Shown here: in pieces, positions 62,114 through 64,000 of the stretch | Layout of the letters: each line of letters begins with the position of its first letter | Numbering within the stretch: position 1 is the stretch's first letter | NCBI GenBank assembly: GCA_023920165.1 | Contig: CP089276.1 | Span: 1,302,001-1,366,000, forward strand | Length of the DNA: 64,000 nucleotides | Source of the DNA: Curvularia clavata | Lineage: Eukaryota | Direction: 5' to 3' | The notes under the pieces: model-generated | The model's input: only the letters and a program-made list of their open reading frames with translations | Databases searched by the model: none | What the model was told of the DNA's origin: nothing | Translations under genes and position numbers: made by a program

Positions 62114-62787
62114 ACCTATACTGAGGGACCTGTGTTCAAATTCAAGGAAACTTCGTGGCCCAACAATATTACATGGTGAGATATGAGAACTACACTTCAG
62201 CCAATCTCAGTTCCGTCTCTCATCTTCTCCAGCCACGCGCGAACCCCTGAAATAGCAAACATTGCATTCAGCGCATATGCATTATTGCGCGTCCAATAAA
62301 TTCTCCGCTCAAAATGCCGACATCAGCGGAGGTGCGGTGGTCTGCTGTGTCCGCTGTCTCGCAGCTGCGCAATGCGGAGACCCGAGATTCGCTTCTGCTC
62401 ACCAATCACACGCCACCACGGCAGTACATCTATCCACCACTGCCACAAAACTAGGCTGCTTCAATACTCGGAAGCGCCACTGATTGCTGTTTACGGTGTA
62501 AGATGGACCTCAGGCGTAAGCCTGACACGAGGATCTCGGGGAATGAGCTGAGTAAGGAGTCCGACGAGCGCCTTGCGAAGGACGTGTAAAAGGCGCAGAG
62601 CCTCGTTGTTATTGTTTGTCTTGGAAAATTCTGAACGATCAGAAGACGGAAGAATTGGTTCTCTTTGTCGAACAGCGAGAGACTCACCAATTATACTATC
62701 GCGGCTGCGACTCAGACTTTCACAATCGAAACTTCAAAGACGGATCTACTTCAATATCACATCAACAAAACCACCTCAAACGCCAAG

Positions 62788-63348
62788 ATGAAGCAGTCAC
62801 TGCTCCAAAAAGCCATTCTCATCTCTCTCCTCGGATTTACCTCCGCTCAAACCAGTTCCTGGGGCGAACCCTTCACAGTCGACGTCTCGGAAACCGCAGT
62901 TGCACCCACCGACGCTACCCCATCCGTCGCCGTGCCTTCACCAATTGAGACATCGACACTAGGTCAGTCTATTACACCCGACGTCAGCTCCAGGCCTACT
63001 TCTTTCCCGACTTCGTTCCCGATCTCCGGCAGCGAGATCATAAGCTCAGCGGTTGATACAAGCAGCCTGGCAGTTGATACATCCAGTTTAGCAGTAGACA
63101 CGACGACACTAGTAGTGAGCAGCGCGGCTGTCAGCTCAGGAAACGCTACAATGACGTCCAGTACTTCGAGCTCGGGTAGCTCGAGTAGTCTACGCAGTAC
63201 GACGAGGAGCTCGGCGACGGAATCGAGCACTACAAGCGCGCCAACTTCGACGGCCAGTGTCCCGGGTGCTGCCGCGTCGCTGGGAGGGTATCAGAAGATG
63301 GCTTTTGCTGGGGCGATTGCGGGTATTGGGGGTGCCATGTTCTTGTAA
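62788..63348 (+). CDS. Secreted Ser/Thr-rich, probably GPI-anchored cell-wall protein (186 aa)
   Basis: Signal peptide MKQSLLQKAILISLLGFTSA, Ser/Thr-rich body with AVDTSSL repeats, PGAA followed by a hydrophobic C-terminus. Confidence 0.82.
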   Translation: MKQSLLQKAILISLLGFTSAQTSSWGEPFTVDVSETAVAPTDATPSVAVPSPIETSTLGQSITPDVSSRPTSFPTSFPISGSEIISSAVDTSSLAVDTSSLAVDTTTLVVSSAAVSSGNATMTSSTSSSGSSSSLRSTTRSSATESSTTSAPTSTASVPGAAASLGGYQKMAFAGAIAGIGGAMFL

Positions 63349-64000
63349 GATGGGGAAGTGTGATGTTTTGGTCTTTTGTGCATTGCGGGCGAGTGTTTGA
63401 GAGCATGAAAGGTGCATGGCTGGTAATTAGCATAATGGAGATTGAAAGCATTACATAGTATCCCTTCAGTTTGTGCTTTTACAAAGAGTACGGTAATAGC
63501 TAGAGTGAAAGCAGTGACAGCGAGCAAGAAAAGGAAATCAAGGGTTGCCAAGTTAGAATGGATATCAACACGCTTTGTTCTTCCATCACCAAGTATCACT
63601 CCGAGGAACTCGAGCTAAACAGCAACAACAACATCAGAACCAGAACCCAGTCAAACCCCCTATCATCCAACTTCTTCTCTATGACCGCCAAAAGGCCCCA
63701 CCTCCATCACATGGTCATCAACCTACCTTTGCACACGTCCCCTTACGCTCTTTCTTTCCGCGATCAGCATCATGCATGAAAAAGCACAACAGCGTTCACC
63801 CTTATGCACAGCACAGTCGCTCCCAGCATACCACTAGTCCTTTCCGAACCTAAAACACAACATTCGTTTTTACGGTACCGGCCCTGCAGCAGATGCTCGT
63901 GACGTTCTTCTTTTTTGTCTTGCCGCGCCGGAGATACAACGCTCGCTCGCCCACGCATGCAAACTTTTCCCTGCATGGTGCTTGAAACGTAAAACAACGT

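Noticed and set aside
1..64000. Numerous 60-230 aa antisense or alternate-frame ORFs in the track
   Set aside because: They overlap well-supported genes, lack recognisable motifs and are expected shadows of codon bias.

Overview
Gene-dense eukaryotic DNA from a filamentous ascomycete (Pezizomycotina, Dothideomycete-like by gene content; taxon is inference). It has short GT-AG introns with CTRAC branch points, about 29 protein genes and one intron-containing tRNA-Pro(AGG). No transposon or CRISPR is recognisable. The centrepiece is a compact five-gene catabolic cluster at 15.3-28.7 kb: FAD monooxygenase, polysaccharide-deacetylase-fold hydrolase, amidase, phenol-monooxygenase-like flavoenzyme, and a xanthine dehydrogenase paralogue with the FATALH motif. 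This matches hxnX/hxnM/hxnN/hxnV/hxnS of the Aspergillus nidulans nicotinate degradation pathway, but hxnT/W/Y/P/Z and a clear hxnR are not adjacent. An exact 11-mer (CAAGAGTGGGG) recurs in three of the four cluster promoter regions, with a degenerate copy in the fourth: a candidate regulon operator. Other notable items: an 8-nt microexon plus GC-AG intron in the amidase, a presequence-bearing threonine aldolase with a second in-frame ATG, an atypical SDR lacking YxxxK, a perfect (EEEC)14 coding minisatellite, and a BTB gene broken at an A9 run. The remainder is mostly housekeeping (JAC1, CDD1, GLY1, GRX4, RPF2, MMS19, MTD1, ABP1). Intron models were built by eye and family calls rest on motif recognition; no searches were run.
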